A DNA stretch of 64,000 bases from Candidatus Fraserbacteria bacterium (GCA_947085185.1 CAMTVK010000002.1:181995-245994), one strand, 5' to 3'; shown: positions 48,551 to 59,310, counted from the first letter of the stretch. The notes: generated by a model not told the origin, from the sequence alone. Numbers and translations: made by a program.

Positions 48551-49675
48551 ATGATCGGTGAGAGAGTCTGTCTTGAGCGCCAAGATTTTCAAGTTCTCTT
48601 AGACGTCCTGCGTCAGCAAGGGTATCAAACAGTCGGGCCCACCGTGCGCGACGGCGCCATCGTCTACGATCAGATCGCTTCTGTCGCAGATCTTCCCATC
48701 GGCTGGACGGACGAACAAGACGCCGGGAGATATCGCCTCAAGAGCCGAAAGGATCAAGCGCTCTTTGGGTATGTCGTCGGGCCGCACTCATGGAAGAGAT
48801 TCTTGCACCCGCCGGTGCTCACCCTCTGGAAGGCCAAGAGGAACGGGAAGAACTTCGAGATCGTTCAGAATAGCGACGCGCCCCCACGCTATGCGTTCGT
48901 CGGGGTTCGATCGTGCGAGCTGCACGCGATCTTCATCCAAGATCGCGTCTTCACCAAGGGGAAGTTCACTGACCCACACTACCAAGCCCGCCGACGGAAT
49001 ATTTTTATTGTAGCGGTCAATTGTGTCCAAGCCGGCGGCACGTGCTTCTGCGTCTCGATGAAGACCGGCCCCAAAGTCACGGCGGGCTTCGATCTGGCGC
49101 TCACGGAGATTCTCGATGGGCAGAGACACTATTTCGTTGTAGAAGTCGGCACGGAGCAAGGCGCATCCGTGCTGCAAGAGATTCCTACGAAGCCCGCTCA
49201 GCCGAGCGATCTTGAGATCGGGGAAGAGCGCGTGCAGCGCGCGGCCCAGCAGATGGGCCGCCAGCTCGATACGACCCATATCAAAGAGTTGCTCTATCGG
49301 AACTTAGAGAATCCGCGCTGGGATGAAGTCGCCACGCGATGTCTCACCTGCACCAACTGCACGATGGTCTGCCCCACATGCTTCTGCACGACCGTTGAAG
49401 ACGTCACGGACCTGACGGGCACCGAGGCCGAGCGCGTGCGCAAATGGGACTCGTGCTTCACGATGGACTTTTCGTATGTTCATGGTGGGAGCGTGCGGGC
49501 TTCCGCGAAATCCCGCTACCGCCAATGGCTTACGCACAAATTAGCGAGCTGGATCGATCAGTTTGGGACTTCAGGGTGTGTCGGCTGCGGGCGGTGTATC
49601 ACGTGGTGCCCTGTGGGCATTGACATCACCGAAGAAGTCCGCGCCATCCGCGAGAGCGAACCGAGCAGAGCTTAA
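48551..49675 (+). CDS. hydB: Group 3b [NiFe] hydrogenase beta (4Fe-4S) subunit
   Basis: [33 protein letters not shown]. Confidence 0.88.
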   Translation: MIGERVCLERQDFQVLLDVLRQQGYQTVGPTVRDGAIVYDQIASVADLPIGWTDEQDAGRYRLKSRKDQALFGYVVGPHSWKRFLHPPVLTLWKAKRNGKNFEIVQNSDAPPRYAFVGVRSCELHAIFIQDRVFTKGKFTDPHYQARRRNIFIVAVNCVQAGGTCFCVSMKTGPKVTAGFDLALTEILDGQRHYFVVEVGTEQGASVLQEIPTKPAQPSDLEIGEERVQRAAQQMGRQLDTTHIKELLYRNLENPRWDEVATRCLTCTNCTMVCPTCFCTTVEDVTDLTGTEAERVRKWDSCFTMDFSYVHGGSVRASAKSRYRQWLTHKLASWIDQFGTSGCVGCGRCITWCPVGIDITEEVRAIRESEPSRA

Positions 49676-49696
49676 CTCAGAAAGGGGAGGATAGCT

Positions 49697-50158
49697 GTGG
49701 ACACGCTCGAACGCCTGTTGTCAGAGCATCCGTTCTTCAAGGGGTTGGATCCGCGCTACATTCGGCTCATAGCTGAGTGTGCCCGCGACGTGACCTTCAA
49801 GGCCGGAGAGTTCATCTTTCGTGAAGGGGATCCGTCGTCACATTTTTGGTTGATTCGCAGTGGCAAGATCTCCCTGGAGGTCTTTGCGCCGGGGCGAGGC
49901 CCTATTATGATAGAAACTCTGGGCGAAGGCGATGTAATGGGCTGGTCTTGGGCTGTGCCGCCCTACAGAAAACAGTATGATGCGCGCGCCCTGGAGCTGA
50001 CGCGCGCCTTGGAGTTTGACGCCATGTGCATTCGCGGCAAGTGCGACGAAGAGCCAAAACTCGGCTACGAGCTCTTCAAGCGCTTCGCGCAGATCATCGG
50101 GCAGCGCCTGCAGGCCACGCGCTTACGATTGATTGATATCTATGGCAGTCACGCTTAA
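49697..50158 (+). CDS. Stand-alone cyclic nucleotide-binding domain protein
   Basis: [22 protein letters not shown]; no HTH. Confidence 0.85.
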   Translation: MDTLERLLSEHPFFKGLDPRYIRLIAECARDVTFKAGEFIFREGDPSSHFWLIRSGKISLEVFAPGRGPIMIETLGEGDVMGWSWAVPPYRKQYDARALELTRALEFDAMCIRGKCDEEPKLGYELFKRFAQIIGQRLQATRLRLIDIYGSHA

Positions 50159-51008
50159 GCCCCAGACGGCCCTTGCGGTGCAGACGGATCCCATGGTGCC
50201 CCTGCCCTATCAGGTGCAGCGGGTGCGCAGAGAGACCTCAGATACATTCACGCTGGAACTTCGCTCATTGAACGGAGAAAGATTCTCTTTCGCGCCGGGG
50301 CAGTTCAATATGCTCTATCTCTTTGGCGTGGGAGAGGTACCCATCTCTATCAGCGGCGACCCGGCGCATCCCGAAATTTTGGTGCACACGGTGCGCGCCG
50401 TGGGTACTGTCACGAAAGCGATCTGCAAGCTCAAGCGCGGAGACATTCTGGGTGTGCGCGGCCCCTTTGGGAGCAGTTGGCCTGTGGAAGAGACGAGGGG
50501 GAACGATCTCATTATCGTGGCTGGTGGGGTAGGGCTAGCTCCGCTGCGCCCCGCGATCTATCACGTGCTGAATCATCGAGGGGAGTACGGGCGCGTGGCG
50601 TTGCTCTACGGCGCGCGCACCCCCAACGATATGCTCTATAAGAAAGAGCTGACCGAGTGGCGCGGGCGGTTTGACATCCAGGTCGAAGTCACAGTAGACG
50701 CCGCCAGGCCCGACGAATGGCGCGGCAACGTTGGGGTCGTCACTACGCTCATCCCCAGAGCACAATTTGATCCCTATCACGTGACGGCTCTCGTCTGTGG
50801 CCCGGAGATCATGATGCGCTTTACGATTCTCGAACTACACAAGCGCGACCTGCGCGACGATCACATCTATATCTCGATGGAGCGCAACATGAAGTGCGCC
50901 GTCGGCTTTTGCGGGCACTGCCAGTACGGCCCAAACTTTATGTGTAAGGACGGCCCGGTCTTCCGGTTTGACAGAGTGAAAGAGCTCTTTGGAAAGCGAG
51001 AGATCTGA
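50142..51008 (+). CDS. hydG: Group 3b hydrogenase gamma (FAD/NAD(P), 2Fe-2S) subunit
   Basis: [42 protein letters not shown]. Confidence 0.9.
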   Translation: MAVTLKPQTALAVQTDPMVPLPYQVQRVRRETSDTFTLELRSLNGERFSFAPGQFNMLYLFGVGEVPISISGDPAHPEILVHTVRAVGTVTKAICKLKRGDILGVRGPFGSSWPVEETRGNDLIIVAGGVGLAPLRPAIYHVLNHRGEYGRVALLYGARTPNDMLYKKELTEWRGRFDIQVEVTVDAARPDEWRGNVGVVTTLIPRAQFDPYHVTALVCGPEIMMRFTILELHKRDLRDDHIYISMERNMKCAVGFCGHCQYGPNFMCKDGPVFRFDRVKELFGKREI

Positions 51009-51009
51009 G

Positions 51010-51792
51010 ATGCCCAGAAGCAAAAAGCCCAAGGTCGCGGTGTGGAAGTTCGCCTCGTGTGACGGCTGTCAGCTCAGTCTCTTAGACTGTGAGGACGAGC
51101 TGCTCGCTGTCGCTGGCGCTCTCGAGATCGCCAACTTCCCCGAGGCCTCGCGCGCTGTCATCAAAGGCCCCTATGATATATCTCTCGTGGAGGGCTCGAT
51201 CACGACGCCCCACGACGCCGAGCGCATCCAAGAAGTCCGGCGCGTCTCGAAGTTCTTAATCACTATCGGGGCGTGTGCGACGGCCGGCGGCATCCAAGCG
51301 TTGCGCAATTTTAAGGACGTCAAAGAATTTATCTCTATTGTCTACGCTAAACCCGAATATATCAGCACGCTAGAAAAATCAACACCCATTGCCGAACACG
51401 TCAAAGTAGATTTTGAGCTGCGCGGCTGCCCCGTGAACAAATATCAGCTCATTGAAGTGATCAACGCGTTTCTCCATGAGCGCAAGCCCACTATCCCGTC
51501 CTACAGTGTTTGTGTGGAGTGCAAGCGTCGTGGCACAGTATGCGTGATGGTGGCTCATGGCACGCCGTGTCTGGGGCCGGTGACCCAAGCAGGGTGCGGC
51601 GCGATCTGCCCTGCGTATCATCGCGGGTGCTACGGATGCTTCGGCCCGAAAGAGACCCCAAATACCGCGTCGCTGAGCGCGTGGTGGCGCAAGCTCGGCG
51701 TCGCAGAACAAGATCTACTCAGAGCGTTCCGCGGGTTCAATGCGTATGCTGAGCCCTTCCGCACCGAGAGTGAGCGCTATGACCAAAAGTAA
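51010..51792 (+). CDS. hydD: Group 3b hydrogenase small (delta) subunit
   Basis: [36 protein letters not shown]. Confidence 0.9.
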   Translation: MPRSKKPKVAVWKFASCDGCQLSLLDCEDELLAVAGALEIANFPEASRAVIKGPYDISLVEGSITTPHDAERIQEVRRVSKFLITIGACATAGGIQALRNFKDVKEFISIVYAKPEYISTLEKSTPIAEHVKVDFELRGCPVNKYQLIEVINAFLHERKPTIPSYSVCVECKRRGTVCVMVAHGTPCLGPVTQAGCGAICPAYHRGCYGCFGPKETPNTASLSAWWRKLGVAEQDLLRAFRGFNAYAEPFRTESERYDQK

Positions 51793-53071
51793 GACGATCA
51801 AAGTAGATTATCTTGCGCGCGTCGAGGGCGAAGGTGCGCTCTACATCAAGATCAAAGAGAACACCGTCGCCGACGTGAAGCTCAAGATCTTCGAGCCTCC
51901 GCGGTTCTTTGAAGCATTCCTTCGGGGGCGCAGTTTCACCGAGGCCCCAGATATCACCGCGCGCATCTGCGGGATCTGCCCGATCGCCTATCAGATGAGC
52001 AGCTGCTACGCGATGGAGGACGCCTGCGGCGTCAAGGTAGACGGGCAACTCCGGGCGCTTCGAAGGCTGATCTATTGCGGCGAGTGGATCGAGAGCCACG
52101 TGTTGCACGTAGCGATGTTGCACGCGCCGGACTTTCTCGGCTACGAGAGCGCCATCCACATGGCCAAAGACCACCCCGATCTCGTCCAGAACGCGCTGAG
52201 ATTGAAGAAGATCGGCAACGAGCTCGTAGCGTTCTTGGGGGGACGGGAGATCCATCCCATCAACGTGCGCGTTGGGGGTTTTTATAAAGTCCCAGCAAAG
52301 AGAGAGCTGCAAGGGCTTGTCGAAGATCTCCAGTGGGCCCGCGATGCTGCGTATGAGCTGGTCCGCTGGACGGGCACGCTCGATTTCCCCGATTTCGAGC
52401 AAGACTATGAGTTTGTCGCATTGAGACATCCCAATGAGTACCCGTTCAACGAAGGGCGGCTCGCCTCCAACAAAGGGCTCGATATCGCAATTCGCCAGTA
52501 CGAAGAGCACTTTGTCGAGGAGCACGTCGCATATTCGAATGCCCTCCACTCGGTCATCAAGGGGCGTGGGAATTACTTTGTTGGGCCGTTGGCGCGATAT
52601 AATCTCAATTTCGATAAGCTGCCGCGCTCGGTGCAGCAAGCCGCCAAAGATGCGGGCCTTGGTCCAGTCTGTAAGAACCCGTTCAAGAGCATTATCGTCA
52701 GAGCTGTCGAGACCCTCTACGCCTGCGAAGAAGCCCTCAGAATTATCGAGGAATACGAGATGCCTGAAAGACCCTGCGTCGAGGTGTGCCCGCGGGCGGG
52801 AGTCGGGTGCGGTTGCACCGAAGCGCCGCGGGGTATTCTCTACCATCGCTATCGCATTGACGACCAGGGCACTATTTTAGAGGCGAAGATCGTTCCGCCC
52901 ACCTCGCAGAACCAAAAGACCATCGAGGGCGACCTGTGGCACTTCGTCCCCAAGTATATCAATCTCTCCAAGGAGCAACTGACGTGGAAGTGTGAGCAAG
53001 CCATTCGCAACTACGACCCATGCATCTCCTGCGCCACGCACTCTCTCAAGATTGAGATCGAGCGCGACTAG
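51779..53071 (+). CDS. hydA: Group 3b [NiFe] hydrogenase large (alpha) subunit
   Basis: ARVEGEG, L1 RICGICP, L2 [10 protein letters not shown] plus C-terminal extension. Confidence 0.93.
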   Translation: MTKSKTIKVDYLARVEGEGALYIKIKENTVADVKLKIFEPPRFFEAFLRGRSFTEAPDITARICGICPIAYQMSSCYAMEDACGVKVDGQLRALRRLIYCGEWIESHVLHVAMLHAPDFLGYESAIHMAKDHPDLVQNALRLKKIGNELVAFLGGREIHPINVRVGGFYKVPAKRELQGLVEDLQWARDAAYELVRWTGTLDFPDFEQDYEFVALRHPNEYPFNEGRLASNKGLDIAIRQYEEHFVEEHVAYSNALHSVIKGRGNYFVGPLARYNLNFDKLPRSVQQAAKDAGLGPVCKNPFKSIIVRAVETLYACEEALRIIEEYEMPERPCVEVCPRAGVGCGCTEAPRGILYHRYRIDDQGTILEAKIVPPTSQNQKTIEGDLWHFVPKYINLSKEQLTWKCEQAIRNYDPCISCATHSLKIEIERD

Positions 53072-53090
53072 AGACATCTGACGAAGATCA

Positions 53091-53122
53091 GAGAAGACGC
53101 TGACACTCATCAGCGTCTTCTC
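53091..53122 (+). terminator. Hairpin after the hydrogenase operon
   Basis: 13-bp perfect stem GAGAAGACGCTGA/TCAGCGTCTTCTC. Confidence 0.6.
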
Positions 53123-53168
53123 CGCATTTGTGGGCTAGAGTATGGGTGTCTTGAAAGGAGGGCAGCCC

Positions 53169-53477
53169 ATGACAACGCGCCGATGGAGCGACGAAGATAT
53201 GCTCGAACAGACGACGTGCGCCATAACAGAGTGCGGCGAGCGGGCGACGCGGTGCTTTGTGTTGCAGATGGTGCTGGGCGAGCTGATTGAGAGTGTAGGG
53301 CCATGGAAGCTGGCACATTTCATTGCCACGACTAAGAATCAAGCCGCGGCGACAGCGCTGGAGAAGTACGTAGAAGGGCACTGGCCTGACTATGCCCACA
53401 AAGTCGCGGAGCTGCTCGAGGCTGCCGCATGGAAGAGAGGAGAAGAAGAGCTCGAGCGTGAGTTCGGCGGAGATTGA
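53169..53477 (+). CDS. Hypothetical protein
   Basis: AAGGAGG RBS, open frame, no recognised motif. Confidence 0.5.
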   Translation: MTTRRWSDEDMLEQTTCAITECGERATRCFVLQMVLGELIESVGPWKLAHFIATTKNQAAATALEKYVEGHWPDYAHKVAELLEAAAWKRGEEELEREFGGD

Positions 53478-53516
53478 CTTTCCCTAGCTCGTGCCTTGCG
53501 CTACAATGAGGGCACC

Positions 53517-54545
53517 ATGAAAGCCATGGTGCTCAGAAAGTTGACTCGTCTTGAAGAGAACCCAGCCCCATTAGAGCTCGAGACGCTGCCTGATCCCATC
53601 CCCAGAGAGCGCGAGATTTTGCTGAAAATTTCGGCGTGTGGCGTCTGTCACACCGAGCTTGATGAGATCGAAGGGCGCACCCCACCCTCACAGTTCCCTA
53701 TGATTTTGGGGCACCAAGTTGTGGGGCGGGTCGCAGCGCTCGGCCCAGGAGCGCAGATTTTTAAGATGGGCGATCGCGTCGGGGTGGCGTGGATCTTCTC
53801 GGCCTGCGGGCAGTGCGCTTTTTGTCGTCGGGGTGAAGAAAATCTGTGCAGAGAGTTTCGTGCGACCGGGCGCGACGCCCACGGCGGCTATGCTCAGTAC
53901 ATGACCGTCTCTGAAGATTTTGCGTATCCCATCCCAGAAGCCTTCTCAGACGTTGAAGCAGCGCCGTTGCTCTGCGCCGGGGCGATTGGGTATCGCTCGC
54001 TGAGACTGACCAATCTCCAAGACGGGCAGAACTTGGGGCTGATGGGCTTTGGGGCTTCGGCGCATTTAGTGATTCAGGTGGTGCGCTCTCTCTACCCAAA
54101 CACCAAGATAGTCGTCTTTGCCCGGAGCGAATCTGAACGAGCTTTTGCCAAGGAACTTGGGGCGAGCTGGGCCGGAGATCCAAGCGAAGAATCTCCCGAA
54201 AAATTAGACGCGATCATTGATACGACGCCCGCCTGGCGTCCCATCGTCGAAGCGCTAAAGAATTTGGAGCGCGGTGGACGGCTGGTCATCAACGCCATCC
54301 GCAAAGAAGATCGCGATAAGAGCGTGCTCCTGGAGCTGGACTACGCTACCCATCTGTGGCTGGAAAAAGAGCTCAAAAGTGTAGCTAATGTGACCCGACG
54401 CGACGTGCGTGAGTTTTTAGAATTCGCTGCGCGGATTCCCATCAAGCCCGAAGTACAAGTCTATAAGCTCGAAGAAGCCAACAGAGCTTTGCTCGATCTC
54501 AAAGAGCGCACGATTCGCGGAGCCAAAGTCCTCACGATAGAATGA
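53517..54545 (+). CDS. Zinc-dependent alcohol dehydrogenase family
   Basis: CGVCHTEL, GHQVVG, CGQCAFCRRGEENLC, GFGASA. Confidence 0.92.
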   Translation: MKAMVLRKLTRLEENPAPLELETLPDPIPREREILLKISACGVCHTELDEIEGRTPPSQFPMILGHQVVGRVAALGPGAQIFKMGDRVGVAWIFSACGQCAFCRRGEENLCREFRATGRDAHGGYAQYMTVSEDFAYPIPEAFSDVEAAPLLCAGAIGYRSLRLTNLQDGQNLGLMGFGASAHLVIQVVRSLYPNTKIVVFARSESERAFAKELGASWAGDPSEESPEKLDAIIDTTPAWRPIVEALKNLERGGRLVINAIRKEDRDKSVLLELDYATHLWLEKELKSVANVTRRDVREFLEFAARIPIKPEVQVYKLEEANRALLDLKERTIRGAKVLTIE

Positions 54546-54563
54546 TCTTAGGGTGACAGCGCG

Positions 54564-55514
54564 ATGGGAGTTTTTGTCTATCCCAGCTATACGAAGCTCT
54601 ACGAGAGCGGAGAGCTGCATCGTCGTGTGGAGGAGGCGCGCAGGCGCCTAGAAGCGTGCACGCTCTGCCCGCGCGTCTGCCGCGCGAACAGGCTCACCAA
54701 CGAGATCGGGCAGTGTAACGTGGGGCGCTGGGCCTTAGTCAGTTCATTTGGTCCGCACTTCGGCGAGGAGCGCGTGCTGCGCGGTCGGTATGGCTCCGGC
54801 ACGGTCTTCTTCGCTGGGTGCAATCTGCGCTGTCAGTATTGCCAAAACTCCGAAATTAGTCAGCTCTTAGACGGAGCTGCCGTGAGCGCTGAGCGCCTCG
54901 CTGGGATCTTTCTCGAAGTCCAAGAGATGGGCTGTCACAATCTCAATCTCGTCACGCCCACGCACGTCATCACCCAGATTTTGGAAGCGTTAGAGCTTGC
55001 GATTCCGCAGGGCTTTCGGCTGCCTATCGTCTACAACACTTCGGGATATGACTCCGTGGCAGCGCTCAAGCTTCTCGACGGCGTTGTCGATATTTATATG
55101 CCCGACTTGAAATACAGCGATTCGCGGATTGCTCAAAAATATTCGGGGATTGAGCACTACTGGGAGGTTGCCCGTGCTGCGTTCAGGGAGATGCATCGTC
55201 AAGTGGGGGATCTTGTGATCGAGGGCGGGCTGGCGGTGCGCGGGCTGCTCATTCGGCACTTGGTCTTGCCCAATGGGCTTGCGGGCTCCAAAGAAGTCTT
55301 GCAATTTATTGCTGAGGAGCTGTCGCGTGACTCGTGGGTCAACATCATGGCGCAGTACCATCCGGCGTATAGGGCGTTTGAGTATCCGGAGCTTTCGCGG
55401 CGGATCACGTCGAAGGAGTATTGGGAGGTTGTCGAGTACGCGCGCTCGCTGGGGCTGCGTCGCGGGATTCCGTTAGAATATAGCGACTGCGGAGTCCCCG
55501 CACGGGACGGATGA
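54564..55514 (+). CDS. pflX: Radical SAM protein, PflX-like
   Basis: CTLCPRVC, HFGEE, CNLRCQYCQN, RHLVLP. Confidence 0.88.
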   Translation: MGVFVYPSYTKLYESGELHRRVEEARRRLEACTLCPRVCRANRLTNEIGQCNVGRWALVSSFGPHFGEERVLRGRYGSGTVFFAGCNLRCQYCQNSEISQLLDGAAVSAERLAGIFLEVQEMGCHNLNLVTPTHVITQILEALELAIPQGFRLPIVYNTSGYDSVAALKLLDGVVDIYMPDLKYSDSRIAQKYSGIEHYWEVARAAFREMHRQVGDLVIEGGLAVRGLLIRHLVLPNGLAGSKEVLQFIAEELSRDSWVNIMAQYHPAYRAFEYPELSRRITSKEYWEVVEYARSLGLRRGIPLEYSDCGVPARDG

Positions 55515-55554
55515 GACTCTCAATATGATCTTGAGTAAAAGGGAGGGAGCGCTG

Positions 55555-56295
55555 GTGGAATGGTGGCAGGGCTTCTTCGACGAGACTACTGGGCAGATTA
55601 TGTTCCACGAAGAAGCGTGGCAGCGCGCCGAGCAGAGCTGCGACGCTTTGGTTTCGCTGTTGGGCCTTGCATCGGGTGCAAAGATTTTAGATCTGGCCTG
55701 TGGGCCGGGGCGCTTCGCTATCCCATTAGCCAAGCGTGGCTTCCGCGTCGTGGGCATGGATATCTGTGAAGTCTATCTCCATCAAGCGCGCACAAAGGCA
55801 CAAGAGCATGGGCTTCAGATCGAATTTATTCACGGCGACATGCGCGCTATCCCCTTCGAGAACGAGTTCGACGCCGTCATCAATCTCTTCACGAGCTTCG
55901 GGTACTTTGAAAAAGAAGAAGACCATCTCACGGTTCTGAAAGAAGTGCGCAAGTGCTTGAAGGCCGGCGGGCGATTTCTCTTAGAGTTACACAACCGGGA
56001 CTGGCTCATTCGGCACTTCCAGGCTCGCGACTGGGTGGAGCGCTCAGGCTTTCTCGTGCTAGAGGAGCGTCACCTGAACTTCGAACGTAATCGCGTTGAG
56101 TCTCGCTGGATCGTGCTCAAGGGTGCAGAGCGCAAAGAATATACGCTCTCGCTGAGGGTCTTTACGCTCGCTGAGCTTTTGGGGCTCTTTGCTGAGGCAG
56201 GGCTCAAGGTGTTAGGCTATTATGGGGGCTTCCGTGGGGAGCCGTGGAGTTTGGAGGCCAACCGTTTAGCGATCGTGGCCGAGCGGACTGCGTAA
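55555..56295 (+). CDS. Class I SAM-dependent methyltransferase
   Basis: LDLACGPG, GDMR, FTSFGYF; GTG start after GGAGG. Confidence 0.9.
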   Translation: MEWWQGFFDETTGQIMFHEEAWQRAEQSCDALVSLLGLASGAKILDLACGPGRFAIPLAKRGFRVVGMDICEVYLHQARTKAQEHGLQIEFIHGDMRAIPFENEFDAVINLFTSFGYFEKEEDHLTVLKEVRKCLKAGGRFLLELHNRDWLIRHFQARDWVERSGFLVLEERHLNFERNRVESRWIVLKGAERKEYTLSLRVFTLAELLGLFAEAGLKVLGYYGGFRGEPWSLEANRLAIVAERTA

Positions 56296-56310
56296 GTAAG
56301 CAGGTTCAAC

Positions 56311-56551
56311 ATGCATAGGCGTCGGTTCCTTAAGCTAGGCGAGCGAAGTCAATCGCGCTCAGTGCGACCTGCTGGTGATCGTCGGGGATTCCGTCGATAA
56401 AAAGGGCAACGAACCTCTTGCGAGAGATCTCTTCAGACCCATGGCTGCTCCGCTGGGCAAGTTCGCGGTTCTGGGCAACTGGGAGTACTGGAGTGGCGTC
56501 GACCTCCGCATGCTTCGAAGATACTATATCGCTTTTGACTTATGCACATAG
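56311..56551 (+). pseudogene. Deleted, frameshifted Tat-signal metallophosphoesterase remnant
   Basis: MHRRRFLKLG joined out of frame to DLLVIVGDSVD..AVLGNWEYW. Confidence 0.75.
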
Positions 56552-56578
56552 ATGGGTTAGGATATACACATCGGAGGG

Positions 56579-56782
56579 ATGATGATGCGCACGAATATCG
56601 TCATTGACGACAAGTTGATGCGAGAAGCGATGCGTGTAGCGGGCTTGCCCACAAAGCGAGCTGTGGTGGAAGCTGCGCTGCGCCTCCTCATCCAAGTGAA
56701 ATCTCAAAAGGGAATCCGCCGCCTGCGTGGCAAAGTTCAGTGGGAAGGTGATCTGGACGAGCTGCGTGCTGGTCGCGTATAG
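56579..56782 (+). CDS. vapB: VapB-type antitoxin
   Basis: MRTNIVIDDKLM..TKRAVVEAAL..WEGDLDELR. Confidence 0.9.
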   Translation: MMMRTNIVIDDKLMREAMRVAGLPTKRAVVEAALRLLIQVKSQKGIRRLRGKVQWEGDLDELRAGRV

Positions 56783-56791
56783 AGAAGATGT

Positions 56792-57184
56792 ATGGTCATC
56801 GTGGATACAACAGTCTGGGTAGATTATTTCCGCGGTGCACACACGCCCCAAACTGCTTGGCTCGATGACAAGCTCGAGCATGAGCGGTTGGGAATCACCG
56901 ATCTTATCCTCTGTGAGGTGCTTCAGGGTGTTCGGGATGACCGGCAGTTTTCTGCAGTGCGCCGCGAGCTTTTGAAGTTAGAAGTCTTCACAACAGGCGG
57001 TGTGGACCTTGCCCTTGTTGCGGCTCAGAACTACCGCAGGCTTCGAGCTCAAGGATACACGGTACGCCGCACAATTGATTGTCTTATCGCTACTTTCTGC
57101 CTCCTTCACAATCATGTGTTATTGCATAATGATCGCGACTTTGAACCATTTGAGCGTGTGCTGGGCTTACGCGTGATCCACTAA
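56792..57184 (+). CDS. vapC: VapC PIN ribonuclease toxin
   Basis: VDTTVW, EVLQG, IDCLIA, HNDRDF. Confidence 0.93.
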   Translation: MVIVDTTVWVDYFRGAHTPQTAWLDDKLEHERLGITDLILCEVLQGVRDDRQFSAVRRELLKLEVFTTGGVDLALVAAQNYRRLRAQGYTVRRTIDCLIATFCLLHNHVLLHNDRDFEPFERVLGLRVIH

Positions 57185-57235
57185 AAAAAGCCAAGATAGA
57201 GATTGATTCCATATAATTTCGAGGAGGTGATCGTT

Positions 57236-57412
57236 ATGGAGGAGCGAGTAATTGGCAAGGTGACGCACTTCTTCGGGCGCATCAGTGTGGCCGTGCTCGA
57301 TCTCACCGAGCCCCTCAAAGACATTCAAGAGGCCAAGCCCGGGGATCAAGTAGCTCTCAAAGTTACCGGGCGCGTGCACGAGCACGATGTCGTCTATAAA
57401 GTCGTCTCCTAG
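57236..57412 (+). pseudogene. Translation-factor-like small beta-barrel protein, apparently internally deleted
   Basis: IGKVTHFF..VAVL joined directly to IQEAKPGDQVALKV..VHEHDVVY; strong RBS. Confidence 0.6.
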
Positions 57413-57515
57413 GGCGCTGCAGGAGGATCGCTATGGACTTTGTGACGCTCTACTCTATTCAAGGCGGAGAGCCCTCAGATCACGCCGCGCCGGGCGCTCG
57501 ATGAGCTGGTGCACT

Positions 57516-58520
57516 ATGTCGTCTAGAGAAGCGAGCGGGCAGCTGCGATCTCTAGATCTGCGACGGGATTTCGATGGGCTTAGCAAGCTCATTGAAATTG
57601 CCTTTGCTGAGGACTTTCAGAGGGTCGGGGTGCAGTTCCAAGAAGAGCTGAAAGCGATTCGAAGGCTTGTACCATGGGTCTTAGTGTTGGGACGGTTCAG
57701 CAAATTCTTTCGGGAGATGCTGGGCGGCTACGTCTGGGAGGCGGCAGGGCCGGCGGTAGCACCGCAGGCTCGTATCGTGGGCTCGGTGACAGTCCAGCCA
57801 CAGGGGCTAGAGCGACGCAAGTGGTACATCAGTGCCGTCGCGACCCATCCCGACTATCGCGGCCGCGGGATCGCCCGACGTCTGATGGAAGCTGCCATTG
57901 GGCACATCCGGGAACGGGGCGGAGAATTGGCCCTGCTCTCCGTGCGCGCCGACAACGAGCCTGCCTATCAGCTCTATCTTAGTTTGGGCTTTGTGCACTT
58001 CGACAGCACTACGCATCTTCGGCTCGACGGCATGCCCCAGATAGAATTCAAGTCAGTAGCAGGCTATAAGCTTCGGCCGATGGGGCTAGGAGAGTGGCGG
58101 GCGCGCTACGAGCTGGCGAAAGCAGCCACGCCGCCTGAGGTGCAAGCTTTCAATCCCATCAGCGAGCGCGAGTATAGGGTGGCACTGTGGCTACGCCTGC
58201 TGGGGCCCTTCTTTGATTTTCTGCAACGGGTTGATAACCATCGCTGGGCCGCTGAGGCTGCTGGGAGAGTTGTGGGGGTGCTGACCCTGCAGGCGGTGCG
58301 CTATCCCTCGATGCACCAACTGCGGCTCTTAATTCATCCCGAGCATGAGGCTGTTGCTGAAGCCTTATTGACCAAGGGGCTGAGCTTATTAAAAGCTTAT
58401 CCGGGGCGCGGGGTGCTGGCGATGGTGCGCAGCTCCCGCACCGGGCTGCTGGAGCTCTTTCGGCGCTATGGCTTCGTCGAGGTGAGCACTCTTCATCAGA
58501 TGGGCCTGCGGCTCAAGTGA
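57516..58520 (+). CDS. Tandem GNAT acetyltransferase
   Basis: VATHPDYRGRGIARRLM, NEPAYQLYLSLGF; second degenerate GNAT domain. Confidence 0.88.
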   Translation: MSSREASGQLRSLDLRRDFDGLSKLIEIAFAEDFQRVGVQFQEELKAIRRLVPWVLVLGRFSKFFREMLGGYVWEAAGPAVAPQARIVGSVTVQPQGLERRKWYISAVATHPDYRGRGIARRLMEAAIGHIRERGGELALLSVRADNEPAYQLYLSLGFVHFDSTTHLRLDGMPQIEFKSVAGYKLRPMGLGEWRARYELAKAATPPEVQAFNPISEREYRVALWLRLLGPFFDFLQRVDNHRWAAEAAGRVVGVLTLQAVRYPSMHQLRLLIHPEHEAVAEALLTKGLSLLKAYPGRGVLAMVRSSRTGLLELFRRYGFVEVSTLHQMGLRLK

Positions 58521-58610
58521 GTAATTAAGGAATGGCGAGCGCCTTGTGCGAGAAGCAAGCTGTGCTTATAATCAATGCGGGCCCGGCAAAGATAATATTG
58601 AAAGGCTCGC

Positions 58611-58795
58611 ATGGAGATGGTTCCATCGAAAAATGGCGTGCCTATCAGATTAACAGAAGAGAGCAAGCAAATCGAAAGGAGAACAAAGCTATGGCCGCGA
58701 TAAACGTTAAAGAGATTCTAAACCTTACCCCTCAACTTTTGAGCATCCCCTTTAAGCGTATCTGGTATAGCTATGATGAGGAGAAGGAGGCTTAG
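58611..58795 (+). pseudogene. Collapsed toxin-antitoxin remnant (toxin N+C ends, truncated DUF2283-like antitoxin)
   Basis: MEMVPSKNGVPIRLTEE|SKQIERRTKLWPR* overlapping MAAINV..IWYSYDEE, cut short at the next RBS. Confidence 0.6.
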
Positions 58796-59308
58796 ATGCC
58801 TATAAAGCAAAGACGCACTCAGCAGGCGGAGTGGCTCCTCAAGGCGATGGAGATGGCCTTTCAGAAGAAGAAAGGGCTCTGGGCGCATTCGATGCTCGAC
58901 GCTCTAGAGGGCTTGACGGCAGAGCAAGCGGCGTGGAAGGCAGCAGGGCCGCAGCCTCAACAGAAAGGAGCGCACTCGATCTGGGAGATCGTCAATCACG
59001 CCACCTATTGGAAAGAGTACTTGGTCCAGTGCCTGGACGGCAGGACCCCCGCTGCGTCTGAGTCTGATGAGATCAGCTGGCACGTCGAAACGGTGAGCGC
59101 GGAGGCCTGGGATCGCACGCTCACCCAGCTCAAGCGCACGCATAATGCTCTTATAAGACGTCTCAGAGCCAGGCAGCTCGATCTGAACAAGCCCTTCCCT
59201 GGCGCAAAATCAAAGACCGGTGAGATGCTCTTTGGGGTGTTGGCCCACGATCTCTATCACACTGGACAGATTGTCGTCTTGCGCCAGATGCAGGGAATTG
59301 AACTATAG
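58796..59308 (+). CDS. DinB family protein
   Basis: HSIWEIVNH, HDLYHTGQI. Confidence 0.85.
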   Translation: MPIKQRRTQQAEWLLKAMEMAFQKKKGLWAHSMLDALEGLTAEQAAWKAAGPQPQQKGAHSIWEIVNHATYWKEYLVQCLDGRTPAASESDEISWHVETVSAEAWDRTLTQLKRTHNALIRRLRARQLDLNKPFPGAKSKTGEMLFGVLAHDLYHTGQIVVLRQMQGIEL

Positions 59309-59310
59309 CT

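Noticed and set aside
51737..52846. 369-aa antisense ORF
   Set aside because: Shadow of hydA
53011..53045. Selenocysteine in the hydrogenase L2 motif
   Set aside because: Both ligands are TGC Cys codons
57743..58962. Shared GCAGGGCCG at small apparent insertions in the GNAT and DinB genes
   Set aside because: A 9-bp GC-rich match with no palindrome is compatible with chance
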